From Coriobacteriia bacterium (GTDB lineage: Bacteria; Actinomycetota; Coriobacteriia; Coriobacteriales; UBA8131): a stretch of DNA of 64,000 nt. This document shows positions 50,992 through 61,332 of the stretch, piece by piece. The stretch is from positions 11,878-75,877 of the forward strand of contig WRHL01000001.1 of the NCBI GenBank assembly GCA_009783245.1, read 5' to 3'. The position numbers were made by a program, and so were the translations under genes. Every line of letters starts with the position of its first letter. Positions within the stretch are counted from its first letter, which is position 1. Under the pieces are notes generated by a model. It was not told the DNA's origin and searched no databases. It was given only the letters and a program-made list of their open reading frames with translations.

Positions 50992-51741
50992 ATGCAAAGC
51001 AAACTGGTTGACATGCTCGACTTCACCCTTGAGCCCGTGGCGATAAGCTTCACTAACGTGCGGCCTGAGGATGCCCGGCAGTTCGAGGAGGGCAAGCGCG
51101 GCTGCGTGGGTTCCATGCTGGTTGCTGCCGCCAAAGGCGCAACCGCCGTCTTTGACGAAAAGACCTATGGCTGCCCAGGTGGAGGCGCTGGTCTGTGCTT
51201 TGGCGATACCTTTGCCAAGCGCAACCACCCCATCGAATGCCTCCTGTCAACAGGCGATGAGGCGCTGACGGCGCGCGGCGAGGTCTTCATGCGCAGCCTG
51301 GGACGCGGTGAGCGCTTCTTTGCCACACCCGAGCTGGTTTCAAGGTGGAGGGCGCAGTTCCCCTTCAGCGAGTTCCCCCAGAAGTACGTGGTGTTCGCGC
51401 CTCTCAGCAAGGTGGAGGAAGAGCCTGACCTTGTCTGCGTCTTTGCCAACCCTGACCAGCTCTCAGCACTGGTGATCCATGCTGGCTTCTCACGCGGGGA
51501 CGCCATCAACGTACTGGCGCCCTTTGGCGCCGCCTGCCATTCGATAGTCTATGCCTATAGGGAGATTAAGGCTGAGCGCCCCCAGGCCATCATGGGCTTC
51601 TTCGACATCTCTCAGCGTGGTTCCATCCCCAAGGACCTGTTGACCCTCACCCTGCCTTGGCAGCTCTTCAAAGAGATGGACAGCACCGTTGACGAAAGCT
51701 GCCTGACCACCGAAGTCTGGGAACAAATAGCCCACCGGTAG
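50992..51741 (+). CDS. DUF169-domain protein
   Basis: 249 aa. PVAISFTN...FEEGKRGCVGSMLVAAAKG...TYGCPGGGAGLCFG pattern, as I recall it for DUF169. Confidence 0.65.
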   Translation: MQSKLVDMLDFTLEPVAISFTNVRPEDARQFEEGKRGCVGSMLVAAAKGATAVFDEKTYGCPGGGAGLCFGDTFAKRNHPIECLLSTGDEALTARGEVFMRSLGRGERFFATPELVSRWRAQFPFSEFPQKYVVFAPLSKVEEEPDLVCVFANPDQLSALVIHAGFSRGDAINVLAPFGAACHSIVYAYREIKAERPQAIMGFFDISQRGSIPKDLLTLTLPWQLFKEMDSTVDESCLTTEVWEQIAHR

Positions 51742-51768
51742 TCCTGGGGTTGCTGGTGATTTCTGCAG

Positions 51769-51842
51769 GGGTGGACAGGGGTACGTATAATTCGTCCATT
51801 TTTAATGAAAAATGGACGAATTATACGTACCCCTGTCCACCC
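51769..51842. repeat. Perfect 35-bp-stem hairpin (loop aatg) with an AT-rich centre
   Basis: gggtggacaggggtacgtataattcgtccattttt (51769-51803) is exactly complementary to 51808-51842. A ccgtccccttttgtc half-site of the main repeat family follows at 51870-51884. Confidence 0.9.
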
Positions 51843-51892
51843 TACGTAACACTCCCCTTCTGTCCTGAACCGTCCCCTTTTGTCTGCTCAAG

Positions 51893-51946
51893 GCCAAAAA
51901 AGCATTCGGGAGAGGAATGGTCATTTTGACCATTCCTCTCCCGAAT
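51893..51946 (-). terminator. Intrinsic terminator downstream of tRNA-Arg
   Basis: attcgggagaggaatggtc-atttt-gaccattcctctcccgaat (51904-51946). On the minus strand it is followed by gcuuuuuugg. Confidence 0.65.
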
Positions 51947-51948
51947 GG

Positions 51949-52024
51949 TGGTGCCCCCGGCAGGATTCGAACCTGCGGCACCAGGTTTAGGAAACCTGTG
52001 CTCTATCCCCTGAGCTACGAGGGC
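51949..52024 (-). tRNA. tRNA-Arg (CCT)
   Basis: 76 nt folded by hand: GCCCTCG/CGGGGGC acceptor (one U-G), GCTC-AGGGGATA-GAGC, anticodon loop TTCCTAA, GCAGG-TTCGAAT-CCTGC, encoded CCA. Confidence 0.9.
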
Positions 52025-52055
52025 GCAAGTGAGTATTCTACCACTACCGTGGCGC

Positions 52056-55000
52056 CTATTCGCTGCGAAGGGCTTCAACGGGGTCACGGCGAGAGGCGGC
52101 AGAGGAGGGTATCAGGCCTGATATAAAGGTCAGGGCCATGCTGATGCCCACCAAGATGGCAGCATAATCCCAGGGGAGGATGGCGATGTTCTTGATATCG
52201 AATCTTGCCTCGACGAAGATATTTGCCGGAATGGTCAACAACAGGGTTATGCCTATGCCCATGAGGCCGGCAATCAGACCTACTATCAGGGTCTCGGCAT
52301 TGAAGACGTTGCCTATGTCTATCTTGCGGGCGCCAATGGCTCTCAATATGCCTATCTCCTTCTTGCGCTCCAACACCGAGATATAGGTGATGACACCGAT
52401 CATGATGGAGGAGACCACCAGCGAAATAGCCACAAAGGCAACCAGTACGGCGCTGATCGCATTGATGATGTCGGTCACCGAGGACATCAGTACACCCACA
52501 AAGTCGGTGTAGGTGATGATCATGTCCTCTTTGCCGGCATCCTGCATGTCCCTGTTATAAGCATCGAGGATATCCAGGACAGCCTGTTTACTGTCGAAGT
52601 CTATGGGGTAGATACTGATGCCAGAGGGTTTGTTCTTATCGGCATAGCCCAATTTGCGCAGGTTGTTGTCGTAGGTGTTGCTCTCGCCCGACATGATGGT
52701 CATGATCATCTGGGAGAGTTCTGCTTCATCCACATTGAACTGGAAGGCGTTGGCAAAGGCATCCTGGTCGAAACTGAACGCATTAGCCATGCCATATTGC
52801 AGTTGCGACATCGCGCCCATCAGGCCGCTCTGCAGCTGGTCCATCATGGTCAGCATAACGGAGGCCATATAGGCCTGCAGCATCTGTTGCAGATAGGAGG
52901 CAAAGGCTGCCTGCAGGTCGCCGGTGATTTTATCTACGTCGACTATGGTGTTGAGCTGCGTCATGAGCTGAGCCTGGATAGCTGGGTCAGCCAGATAGGC
53001 TGGCAAGCCGTCGATCATCTCCTCGGGCGTGGTCAGTCCGTTGGTGAAGCAGTAGACCATATACTGGTTTATCACGTCGGTGGCGATGGCCGCGATCTCA
53101 TCTGCGGGCACCTTCACGTCTATGTCGACCCCTGAGAGTATGGCCGCGAAGTCCAGGTTCATGTCCGGCAACGGGGGCATTGCCCCGGTCAGGTTGTTAG
53201 GGTTCAAAACCCCTGACAGATCCACATTGAGCCCTGAGGTGTCAAAGCTGAAGGCATCGGTGATGGCGTCCTCATCGATGGTCATGAGGTCGTCCATGCC
53301 AAAGGCAGAAAAGCCACTGGACTCCCTCTCCTCTTCAAAGGTCTTGCCGGTGATGACATTCACCTCGCGGTTGGCGAGCTGCTGCTTGACTATCTCGGAG
53401 TCTGCGGCCAGATCCATCAGGTGATAGGTGAGAAACGACGTGTAGTAGATGCCGGGCGCCAGAGAGGTGGCGCTTGCGTCAGGGTTCGCTTTGAGGATGC
53501 CGACAATCTTTAAGGTCTCTCCCTCATCCACCAGCTTCTTCATGTACTCCTCGTCGCTTTCACGGTTGGTCCAGATCCCGTAGGCCTCGTCATAGGTGTA
53601 GAAGCTGGTAGCGGGCACCAGTTTGAATGTAACGCCCAACATCTGCTCATAGGTGAAGCGCAACACCTCCTCGGAGGCGGTGACCTCCTCCTCATTCTGG
53701 AACTTTGTGATCATGTCCTCAAGCTCTTCAGGATCACGCAGTCCCATGAGGTACAGCAGGTAGTCACTGACGCCGTTTCTGAAGTTGAGCACCAGCACCA
53801 TCTCGGTGTGGTCTTCTGGCCACTTGCCGGCAACCAGGTCATACTGCCCCTTGAGCAGGTCCGTGTCATCGATCATGGGGTTGAACATCGACATGTTGAC
53901 GCCAAAGGACCGATAGCTGCTCAGCATGGTAGAGGACATGCCCATCGCCTTGGTGAGGAAATCCGGGTTTACCTGCACCGCCTTGCGAGAGGTGTCTGAG
54001 GCGAAGATCTGCGGTGTGATGTCGAAGGTGTATTCGATGGTATTGACGTATTGATGGATGCCACCACCGTCCTCATCGAAAAAGGCCTTCAAGGCGGCCA
54101 GGTCATTCTGTCGGACACTTGAGAAGGTGTTCGCTACCTGCTTGGTCTCCCTGATCGGGGCCTCTGAGCTTCCACTGCCGCTGCCCTCGTTGCCGCTGTC
54201 CTCGCTGCCGCTGCCTGAACCTTCCGTTCCTTCGCTTCCTGAACCACTGCCTGAACCGCCGCCCGATCCACTGCCTGAACCGCCGCCGCCGCCAAATGAC
54301 AACGAGATCATCGAGCTGAGATCCATGCCGCTGCTTGAGATCTCCAGCGGATACAAAGAAAGCGTATCCTCCTCCACACCCTTGATGTAGTTGTTCACAC
54401 CGTTAGCCAGCGCGAGGATCGCCGCGATGCCTATGATGCCGATGGAGCCGGCAAAGGCGGTCATAACAGTGCGGCCTTTCTTGGTCATGAGGTTCTTGAA
54501 CGAAAGTGATATTGCCGTGAGGAATGACATGGCTGTCTTACGGATGGACTTCTCCCTGCCTATCAGATCCTCCTCGGTAGGGACAAAGGGGTTGCTGTCG
54601 GTGGTTACCTGTCCGTCGCTCAGTGAGACCGTGCGGTTGGCATAGCGGATGGCAAGGTCGGGGTTGTGCGTGACCATGATGACCAGGCGTTCTTTTGCGA
54701 TCTCGGTCATCAGTTCCATGACCTGGACGCTGGTCTTGGAGTCGAGGGCTCCCGTTGGCTCATCAGCAAGGACTATCTCCGGGTCATTGATAAGAGCGCG
54801 GGCAATAGCCACACGCTGCATCTGTCCGCCAGACAGCTGGTTGGGTTTCTTGTTGATGTGTTCGCTTAATCCCACCTGCTCAAGCGCGGCTATCGCACGT
54901 TCATGCCGCTGAGCCCTTGAGATGCCGGCGATGGTGAGTGCAAGCTCAACATTGACCAGGACAGATTGATGCGGGATGAGGTTGTAGCTTTGGAAGACAA

Positions 55001-55259
55001 ACCCTATGCGGTTATTGCGATACGTATCCCAGTCGCGGTCTTTATACTTCTTTGTGGAGATACCATCGATGATAAGGTCGCCGCTGTCGTAATGGTCCAG
55101 TCCACCGATGATATTCAACAGCGTGGTCTTGCCAGAGCCCGACGGTCCTAGAACGGCAACGAACTCGTTATCGCGGAACGCAAGACCGACATCATCCAAG
55201 GCAACCTGTGTGAACCCGGCTGTCTTGTATGCCTTTCGCACCTGTACCAATTGAAGCAT
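52056..55259 (-). CDS. Fused ABC ATPase / FtsX-family permease (MacB-like) with very large extracytoplasmic domain
   Basis: 1067 aa from ATG 55259 (AGGAGGGTGG upstream). Walker [38 protein letters not shown]1 near residue 270, about 650-aa loop with a G/S-rich tract, and C-terminal FtsX helices. Confidence 0.85.
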   Translation of the reverse strand: MLQLVQVRKAYKTAGFTQVALDDVGLAFRDNEFVAVLGPSGSGKTTLLNIIGGLDHYDSGDLIIDGISTKKYKDRDWDTYRNNRIGFVFQSYNLIPHQSVLVNVELALTIAGISRAQRHERAIAALEQVGLSEHINKKPNQLSGGQMQRVAIARALINDPEIVLADEPTGALDSKTSVQVMELMTEIAKERLVIMVTHNPDLAIRYANRTVSLSDGQVTTDSNPFVPTEEDLIGREKSIRKTAMSFLTAISLSFKNLMTKKGRTVMTAFAGSIGIIGIAAILALANGVNNYIKGVEEDTLSLYPLEISSSGMDLSSMISLSFGGGGGSGSGSGGGSGSGSGSEGTEGSGSGSEDSGNEGSGSGSSEAPIRETKQVANTFSSVRQNDLAALKAFFDEDGGGIHQYVNTIEYTFDITPQIFASDTSRKAVQVNPDFLTKAMGMSSTMLSSYRSFGVNMSMFNPMIDDTDLLKGQYDLVAGKWPEDHTEMVLVLNFRNGVSDYLLYLMGLRDPEELEDMITKFQNEEEVTASEEVLRFTYEQMLGVTFKLVPATSFYTYDEAYGIWTNRESDEEYMKKLVDEGETLKIVGILKANPDASATSLAPGIYYTSFLTYHLMDLAADSEIVKQQLANREVNVITGKTFEEERESSGFSAFGMDDLMTIDEDAITDAFSFDTSGLNVDLSGVLNPNNLTGAMPPLPDMNLDFAAILSGVDIDVKVPADEIAAIATDVINQYMVYCFTNGLTTPEEMIDGLPAYLADPAIQAQLMTQLNTIVDVDKITGDLQAAFASYLQQMLQAYMASVMLTMMDQLQSGLMGAMSQLQYGMANAFSFDQDAFANAFQFNVDEAELSQMIMTIMSGESNTYDNNLRKLGYADKNKPSGISIYPIDFDSKQAVLDILDAYNRDMQDAGKEDMIITYTDFVGVLMSSVTDIINAISAVLVAFVAISLVVSSIMIGVITYISVLERKKEIGILRAIGARKIDIGNVFNAETLIVGLIAGLMGIGITLLLTIPANIFVEARFDIKNIAILPWDYAAILVGISMALTFISGLIPSSAASRRDPVEALRSE

Positions 55260-55543
55260 GATTCCACCCTCCTGGGCAGGGATGCGCCCGCCTGACTCGT
55301 TCAAGTAAAAGCCGCCCTGCTTTGCAGCATATTGCCGCACATATAGTATGGGTTTCTTTTCACCTGACCTCCTCTTTTGTCATGCTCCCGTTACAGGTCT
55401 ACTGCCCAGTAAAGGTAGGTGAACTGCCTTGGATATGCTATCATTTTTAATCATTAGTGGATGGGGCTTTCCTTCCTGGAAGGGGTGCCTAGGTGGATCA
55501 GGGATTGCGATCAAGTGTTACGCCCGTGATGAAGGAGATAGTG

Positions 55544-56089
55544 ATGAAGAGAACTGCACTGATATTGATTTCTGTTGTATTAGCTTGCACGATGCTGTCC
55601 ACTCTTGTTGGCTGTAAGAAGAACGATGAGCAGGTGATCAGGGACGGTATCAGCAGCGAGTTCGATGAGTTCGCAAAAGCTGATTCCGAATTATGGACGG
55701 TGGGCTTGAGCTCTGCCGTTGTTGCCCTTGATACCATGGGCATCACTTCACAGCAGCTGTTCTCCGCTTGGACCGAGGGCTATAAATATGAGATCACCTC
55801 CGTCAAGATCGACGGCGACAAGGCGATGGTTGAGGTCAAGTTGACTTGTAAACAGTTCAATCCTGCTGTTGCGATCGCACAGGACAACATCATGCGCGTG
55901 CCCGGCATCGATACCAAGTCGGTTGCTGAGGTCCAGGCGCTGTATGGGGCAGAGATCCTGTCTGAGCTGACTGCCGCCACCCCGGTGACAACCACGCTGA
56001 ACATCCCCTGCACCAAGGCTGACAATGTCTGGTCGGTAGGCGAAGACGTCTATGAGGACATAGCCCTGGCCTTGCTGGGATCTTTGTGA
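55544..56089 (+). CDS. Lipoprotein, unknown function
   Basis: MKRTALILISVVLACTMLSTLVGC lipobox. ATG 55544 is preceded by GAAGGAGA. The listed start at 55493 is unlikely. Confidence 0.6.
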   Translation: MKRTALILISVVLACTMLSTLVGCKKNDEQVIRDGISSEFDEFAKADSELWTVGLSSAVVALDTMGITSQQLFSAWTEGYKYEITSVKIDGDKAMVEVKLTCKQFNPAVAIAQDNIMRVPGIDTKSVAEVQALYGAEILSELTAATPVTTTLNIPCTKADNVWSVGEDVYEDIALALLGSL

Positions 56090-56136
56090 TTTGAGGTACA
56101 GGCAGCGATAACCGCATCTGATACCCTGCTGTTGTG

Positions 56137-56170
56137 AAACGCCTGTTCCCGTATGCAGGCGTTTTCTCTT
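56137..56170 (+). terminator. Intrinsic terminator after lipoprotein gene
   Basis: aaacgcctg ... caggcgttt followed by tctctt. Confidence 0.55.
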
Positions 56171-56251
56171 AACTACGGGTAAACTATACCGGTACGAGAA
56201 AAGAATGACCTCAGTAGGTCGAACGGATTCTAAGAAACGGACCCTGGCGCC

Positions 56252-57964
56252 ATGCGTTTATCGGGAGCAGAGATTCTGGCACGCGTCCTTATCGAACAGG
56301 GCGTGGATACGGTGTTTGGCTATCCCGGTGGCGCGGTGCTGCCCATCTATGATGCACTCTATGATCATCAGGACACAGTAACCCACTACCTCACCGCTCA
56401 CGAGCAGGGCGCGGCTCACGCAGCCGACGGCTATGCGCGGGCAACGGGCAAGGTGGGTGTGGTGCTTGCAACCAGCGGCCCGGGAGCGACCAATATCGTC
56501 ACCGGCATTGCCTGCGCCTTCATGGACAGCGTGCCCCTGGTGGCGATCACCGGCAATGTTGGCACTGCCTACATTGGCCGTGACAGCTTCCAGGAGGTAT
56601 ACACCACCGGCATCACTTTGCCCATCACCAAGCACAACTTCGCTGTCCAGGATGTGCGTGAGCTGGCCGAGACCCTGCGCTCAGCCTTTTCCATTGCGTC
56701 TTCTGGGCGAAAGGGGCCGGTGCTGGTGGACATCACCAAGGACGCCCAGGCGGCCTGGTGTGAATGGGAGCCGCTCGCCCAGGCACAGGCCCCGTTGGAG
56801 CCGCAACAGGTGGTGAAGCAGGCAGCATGCTTCACGCAGGAGGACATTTCCGCCGCAGCGAAGGCAATCGCAGCAAGCGAGAAGCCGGTGGTGGTATTCG
56901 GCGGCGGCATCATCTCAGCCGAGGCCACAACAGAGCTGCATGACTTCATCCACGCGGCACAGATCCCTGCGGCACACAGCCTTATGGGCGTGGGAGCGCT
57001 TGACGGCTGCGACCCGCTCAGCCTTGGGCTTATCGGCATGCACGGGAAGGCAAGCGCGAACCACGCGCTGGCTGAGGCCGACCTGGTGCTTGCCCTGGGC
57101 TTTCGCTTCTCCGACCGCGTTGCGCTGGATGCCCGGCGTTGGGCAGCGCAGGCGCGCATCATCCAGGTGGACATCGACCCCAGCGAGGTGAACAAGAATG
57201 TGGCGGTCGACCAGGCGGTCGTCGGCGACGTGCGCGAGGTCCTGCTCGCTTTGCTGCCACTTGTGCAGATGACGATAAAAACGCCTCGGACCCACTCCTG
57301 GCTCTCCCAGATAGACCGGTGGCGCGCGGATGACTACCAACCGCTCGATGATGATGACGCCCTCAAGCCACATCAGCTTATGGCGGCCATCGCTGAGCTG
57401 GCCGGTGACGAGGCCATCTTCACCACGGATGTGGGCCAGCACCAGATGTGGGCGGCGCAGTTCGGCCACCGCACACATCCCCGCAGCTTCATCACCAGCG
57501 GCGGGCTGGGCGCCATGGGCTTTGGCTACGGCGCGGCCATAGGCGCGCAGATCGGTGCGGCGGGAGGCAGTGGGCGCAGGCAGCCGGTCATCCACATCAC
57601 CGGTGACGGCTCCTTCCACATGAACCTCAACGAGGCCTGCACGGCGGTGAGCTACCGCCTGCCCATCATCACCGTCATCCTCAACAACCAGGCCCTGGGC
57701 ATGGTGCGCCAATGGCAGAAGACCTTCTACGACGCCCGCTACCTTGCAAGCACGCCCAAACGGGCCACCGACTTTGTAAAGCTCGCAGAGGGGTTTGGCC
57801 TGGTTGGCCTGCGCGCGGAAACCCTGGATGGGTTCAGGGCTGCGTTTGCGCGGGCGCTCACCATAGACGGCCCGGTTTGGATTGAATGCCTTATCAGCGG
57901 TGACGAGCAGGTCCTGCCGATGATACCCGCTGGCGGCGCCGTTGCCGATATAATCATCGAGTGA
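56252..57964 (+). CDS. ilvB: Acetolactate synthase large subunit
   Basis: 570 aa. GVDTVFGYPGGAVLPIYDAL N-terminus and ThDP motif GDGSFHMNLNE. Confidence 0.9.
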   Translation: MRLSGAEILARVLIEQGVDTVFGYPGGAVLPIYDALYDHQDTVTHYLTAHEQGAAHAADGYARATGKVGVVLATSGPGATNIVTGIACAFMDSVPLVAITGNVGTAYIGRDSFQEVYTTGITLPITKHNFAVQDVRELAETLRSAFSIASSGRKGPVLVDITKDAQAAWCEWEPLAQAQAPLEPQQVVKQAACFTQEDISAAAKAIAASEKPVVVFGGGIISAEATTELHDFIHAAQIPAAHSLMGVGALDGCDPLSLGLIGMHGKASANHALAEADLVLALGFRFSDRVALDARRWAAQARIIQVDIDPSEVNKNVAVDQAVVGDVREVLLALLPLVQMTIKTPRTHSWLSQIDRWRADDYQPLDDDDALKPHQLMAAIAELAGDEAIFTTDVGQHQMWAAQFGHRTHPRSFITSGGLGAMGFGYGAAIGAQIGAAGGSGRRQPVIHITGDGSFHMNLNEACTAVSYRLPIITVILNNQALGMVRQWQKTFYDARYLASTPKRATDFVKLAEGFGLVGLRAETLDGFRAAFARALTIDGPVWIECLISGDEQVLPMIPAGGAVADIIIE

Positions 57965-57981
57965 CTCAAGGAGAACCTCTT

Positions 57982-58524
57982 ATGACCGACCTGATCCGCG
58001 AAGCGGACGCAATGCCGCAGCAACCACGTGAGAAGACCCGCAATATAGTGTCGCTTCTGGTGGAGAACCGCTCCGGCGTGCTCGCCCGCGTGGCCAGCCT
58101 GTTCGCTCGCAAGGGCTTCAACATCGACTCCCTCACCGTCAGCGCCACGCATGACAGCTCCATCTCGCGCATCACCGTCACCACCCAAGCCGACGACATC
58201 AACCTCAAGCAGATCCTCTCCCAAAGCGAGAAGCTGGTCGAGGTGCGCAAGGTCGCCCTGCTCGACCCCGACAGCAGCTCGCAACGCGAGCTCATGCTGG
58301 TCAAGCTGGCCATCGACACGCACCTGCGCGAGACCATCCCCGGCGTGGCGGACACCTACAAGGCCGAGATAGTAGACATCGGCGAGAAGAGCATGACGCT
58401 GGAGATCGTGGGCAAGCCCACCAAGATCGACGCCTTTGTAGAGGCTATCTCACAGTATGAGATACTCGAGATGTGCCGCACCGGCGCAACCGCCTTAGGC
58501 CACGGCGACGAGGTGTTGCATTAG
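57982..58524 (+). CDS. ilvN: Acetolactate synthase small (regulatory) subunit
   Basis: ACT domain IVSLLVENRSGVLARVASLFARKGFNIDSLTV. ATG 57982 follows AAGGAGAA. The listed GTG 57961 overlaps ilvB. Confidence 0.85.
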   Translation: MTDLIREADAMPQQPREKTRNIVSLLVENRSGVLARVASLFARKGFNIDSLTVSATHDSSISRITVTTQADDINLKQILSQSEKLVEVRKVALLDPDSSSQRELMLVKLAIDTHLRETIPGVADTYKAEIVDIGEKSMTLEIVGKPTKIDAFVEAISQYEILEMCRTGATALGHGDEVLH

Positions 58525-58536
58525 TTGCGCACTATT

Positions 58537-58633
58537 GTGACAAAGGGCATGACAAAGGGGACGGTCCCTTTTGTCATATTGCGTTTGTCACCCCGGACTT
58601 GCATGACAAAAGGGACCGTCCCCTTTGTCATGC
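58537..58633. repeat. GACAAAGGGGACGG-family element (locus R7)
   Basis: gcatgacaaaggggacggtcccttttgtcat (58547-58577) and its exact inverse gcatgacaaaagggaccgtcccctttgtcatgc (58601-58633). Each is also self-complementary. Lies between convergent ilvN and ydbT-like genes. Confidence 0.9.
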
Positions 58634-58727
58634 CGCTGGACGCGCATGGGAAGTGTGCGCTGGGCGTGGAGATGCCGCGCGGCTAGAGGGGATGCGCGGG
58701 GGTGAGACGCGGGCTTGTCGTTATAGC

Positions 58728-60791
58728 TCAGCTGCTTGGGCGGGTGTGGGGGCGGATCCACTCGAGATAAGCAAGGGACTCCTCCACCTGAACATCACGG
58801 AGTCTGGTCTTTGTCCCCCCGATGCCGGCGGCGGTGACCGCTGATATTGAGGCCACTTTGGCCCATCGTTGGAAGGGGTTCTGGTGGTTTTGCGCCCACT
58901 GTATCTTCTGGCGCGGGATGAAGGTGGTCTCCAGTCCAAAGTAACCCTGCTGGATCATGAGCATGGTGGCGTTGTAGGTGTAGGCGGCGTGGCGGTACCA
59001 CAGCAGTGAGCTGATGGTGCGGCCGATGAGCAGCAGCAGGAAGAGGACCCACAGCACGATCAGTATCCAGGTGATGGTCCGAGCTGGGAGTTCATCAGCG
59101 AATACCAGCGTGAGGAGCGCAGTGAGAGTCACTGCACAGGCTGCATAGATGAGCCCTATGAAGACCGTGTGACGGATTATGACACGGCGGCGCGCCACCT
59201 TGGGAAGGCCTCTGAGCTCGGTTTCTGCAGGGCGTTCGTTGTATTCAGGGAGCAGCTGCGTGAGGATCTCCTCCACGCGTTGCTTCTTCACAAAGGGATG
59301 GATCACCAGACCCCTGGTCTTCATGGGCTGGTTATTCTGGTTGTTCTGCTGCGTGCCCAGAGAGTCGATGGTGTGCAGATTGAGCTCCACATAGCCCATA
59401 AGGCGGCGGATGAAGCCCTGCTTGATCTCGACTGCCTGGATACGGTTAATGGAGACGCCGCGGTATTGCCGCGAGACCAGACCGCGTTCGACCTCGATGC
59501 GGCCCCCGCGCCGGCGCGCCTTGAAGCCACCGTAGGAGACGGCAGTGCCAAGGATGCCCAGAACAAAGATGACAAGGAACATGACGATAAGCGCGCCTAT
59601 GATGACCGGCACTACCTGGGTTGTCAAGAAGCGCTCCACCAGCGCCTCAGCGCTGTAGTCGAGCCCGATGAGCCGGGCGACCTCACCTATCTGGGTGGCC
59701 AGGCCGATGAGCACCGCTACGAGCACGAAGTTATGGTCGCCGGAGATGGCCGAGAGGACCAACTCTTTGGCGGTGAGGCCATACTCATACTCGATGGGAG
59801 CCTCCTCCTGGTAGCTTTCGGCGAAGATGCCGCGGAGCTCACCGAGGCCGGCGCCGACCCCTGCCACCAGCGCGTCAGCTGAGGAGGGAGCGGTCCAGGC
59901 GGTAGCGCTGGCTGCGGCAGTCATACCAACTGCGGCAGCGAACGGCTGGCCGGTCTGCGGGTCGAAGCGTGGTTGGGGTTGGGCTGTAGCGAATGGCTGG
60001 CCGGTCTGCGGATCGAAGCGCGGTTGGGCGACACTGGCGGCAGCTGGGGCGGCGGCGGCTGGAGCCATGCCCGCCTTCATCGTAAGCATCTGTTGCCTCA
60101 TGGCGGCTTCCTGCTGTGCGGATGCCTGCCTTTTGCGTGCGAAGACCTCGGCGCGCAGGGCCTCTGCCTGGGCGAGTTTGAGCGCGGGGATGAAGACGCC
60201 CCGGTTCTGCGAACCGCCGGCGGTCTCGATCTTGAGCTTTACGATGCCAAGGACACGCTCTATGACCTGCGCGTTGAAGTCGATGGATTGGACGCGCTGG
60301 AAGGGGATGTGCACCTGCTTCTTAAAGAAGATGCCCGAGTAGATGTGGATGTCGCTTTCTGTGATCTCCCAGAGGAAGCGACGGTAATAGATATAGGAGA
60401 TGCCGGCTGTGATGCCCACCATGACGATGAACCCAACGATGATGAGGATGAGACCCAGGACTCCGACGCCGGTGAAGAACGAGAAGGAACCGTAGCTGAC
60501 AAAGCTGATGATAAAGACCACCAGTATGGAGAGGGAGATGCGGATGGCGTTCATCACCACATAGGCGGGGTGCATGTGGTGTTGGCCGGGGGTGATACCG
60601 GTTGTGGGAACGTGGCCTGGGCCAGCTGCTGGAGGCTGAAGCGGGGGTGGTGGTTGCATAGGCTGTTGCTGCGGTGGTGGTTGCATAGGCTGAAGCGGGG
60701 GTGGTGGATAGTAGCCGCCTGCGGGCGGTTGTTGGGGTGTGGGTGCGCCTTGGATTGGTGCGCCTTGGATGGGTGCGCCTTGATCAGACAT
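58728..60791 (-). CDS. YdbT-like membrane protein with three bacterial PH (bPH_2/DUF304) modules and a Pro/Gln-rich N-terminus
   Basis: ATG 60791 overlaps the ydbS-like stop (ATGTCTGA). TTG 60803 is the listed alternative. Has repeated TM-pair plus PH-like blocks, the N-terminal tract GAPIQGAPIQGAP...PPPPLQPMQPPPQQQPMQPPPPLQPP, and an internal duplicated QPRFDPQTGQPFA. Confidence 0.7.
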   Translation of the reverse strand: MSDQGAPIQGAPIQGAPTPQQPPAGGYYPPPPLQPMQPPPQQQPMQPPPPLQPPAAGPGHVPTTGITPGQHHMHPAYVVMNAIRISLSILVVFIISFVSYGSFSFFTGVGVLGLILIIVGFIVMVGITAGISYIYYRRFLWEITESDIHIYSGIFFKKQVHIPFQRVQSIDFNAQVIERVLGIVKLKIETAGGSQNRGVFIPALKLAQAEALRAEVFARKRQASAQQEAAMRQQMLTMKAGMAPAAAAPAAASVAQPRFDPQTGQPFATAQPQPRFDPQTGQPFAAAVGMTAAASATAWTAPSSADALVAGVGAGLGELRGIFAESYQEEAPIEYEYGLTAKELVLSAISGDHNFVLVAVLIGLATQIGEVARLIGLDYSAEALVERFLTTQVVPVIIGALIVMFLVIFVLGILGTAVSYGGFKARRRGGRIEVERGLVSRQYRGVSINRIQAVEIKQGFIRRLMGYVELNLHTIDSLGTQQNNQNNQPMKTRGLVIHPFVKKQRVEEILTQLLPEYNERPAETELRGLPKVARRRVIIRHTVFIGLIYAACAVTLTALLTLVFADELPARTITWILIVLWVLFLLLLIGRTISSLLWYRHAAYTYNATMLMIQQGYFGLETTFIPRQKIQWAQNHQNPFQRWAKVASISAVTAAGIGGTKTRLRDVQVEESLAYLEWIRPHTRPSS

Positions 60792-61302
60792 CTTCTTGCG
60801 CAATCCGTGCGAGGATGGCCACGCGGTCGCGCAGCTCGTCCGCCTCCTGTACCTGCAGACCGGGGATCTCGTGCTCTCCCGCCGCGGTAGCCACGGTGAA
60901 CGAGGCGAGCCCGTTAGCGCGCATGATGGGCCCCTGCCGGGTGTCGACGTTTTGCACCCTGATCAGGGGGATGATGATGCGCTTCTTCCAAAAGATGCCC
61001 TTATGGATGTCGATCTCCTGGTCATAGACCTCAAAGCTCCACTGTATCCAGCGTATCTTGGGGACGATGACCACAAAGACGATAAGCGCGACCACTGCCA
61101 GAATGGCGAAGACCACGTTAAGTATGGTCAGGACAAGTATGTCCGTCGAATCTCCCTGGCTGGAGTCCGCGCCGATCACCATAAGCGCAATGAACACGGG
61201 AAGCAGGCAGATCAACGACCAGAAGACTACATTGATGATGGCGCTCAGGCGCCAGACACGGGTGATCCGTTTATCCAGTTTGCGGGTTGGTAGTGCGCGC
61301 AT
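60784..61302 (-). CDS. YdbS-like membrane protein (single bPH_2 module)
   Basis: 172 aa. Two TM helices followed by a PH-like domain ([33 protein letters not shown]). RBS GAAGGAAGGGA. Confidence 0.7.
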   Translation of the reverse strand: MRALPTRKLDKRITRVWRLSAIINVVFWSLICLLPVFIALMVIGADSSQGDSTDILVLTILNVVFAILAVVALIVFVVIVPKIRWIQWSFEVYDQEIDIHKGIFWKKRIIIPLIRVQNVDTRQGPIMRANGLASFTVATAAGEHEIPGLQVQEADELRDRVAILARIAQEDV

Positions 61303-61332
61303 CTTATGTCCCTTCCTTCTTACACTTTTTCG

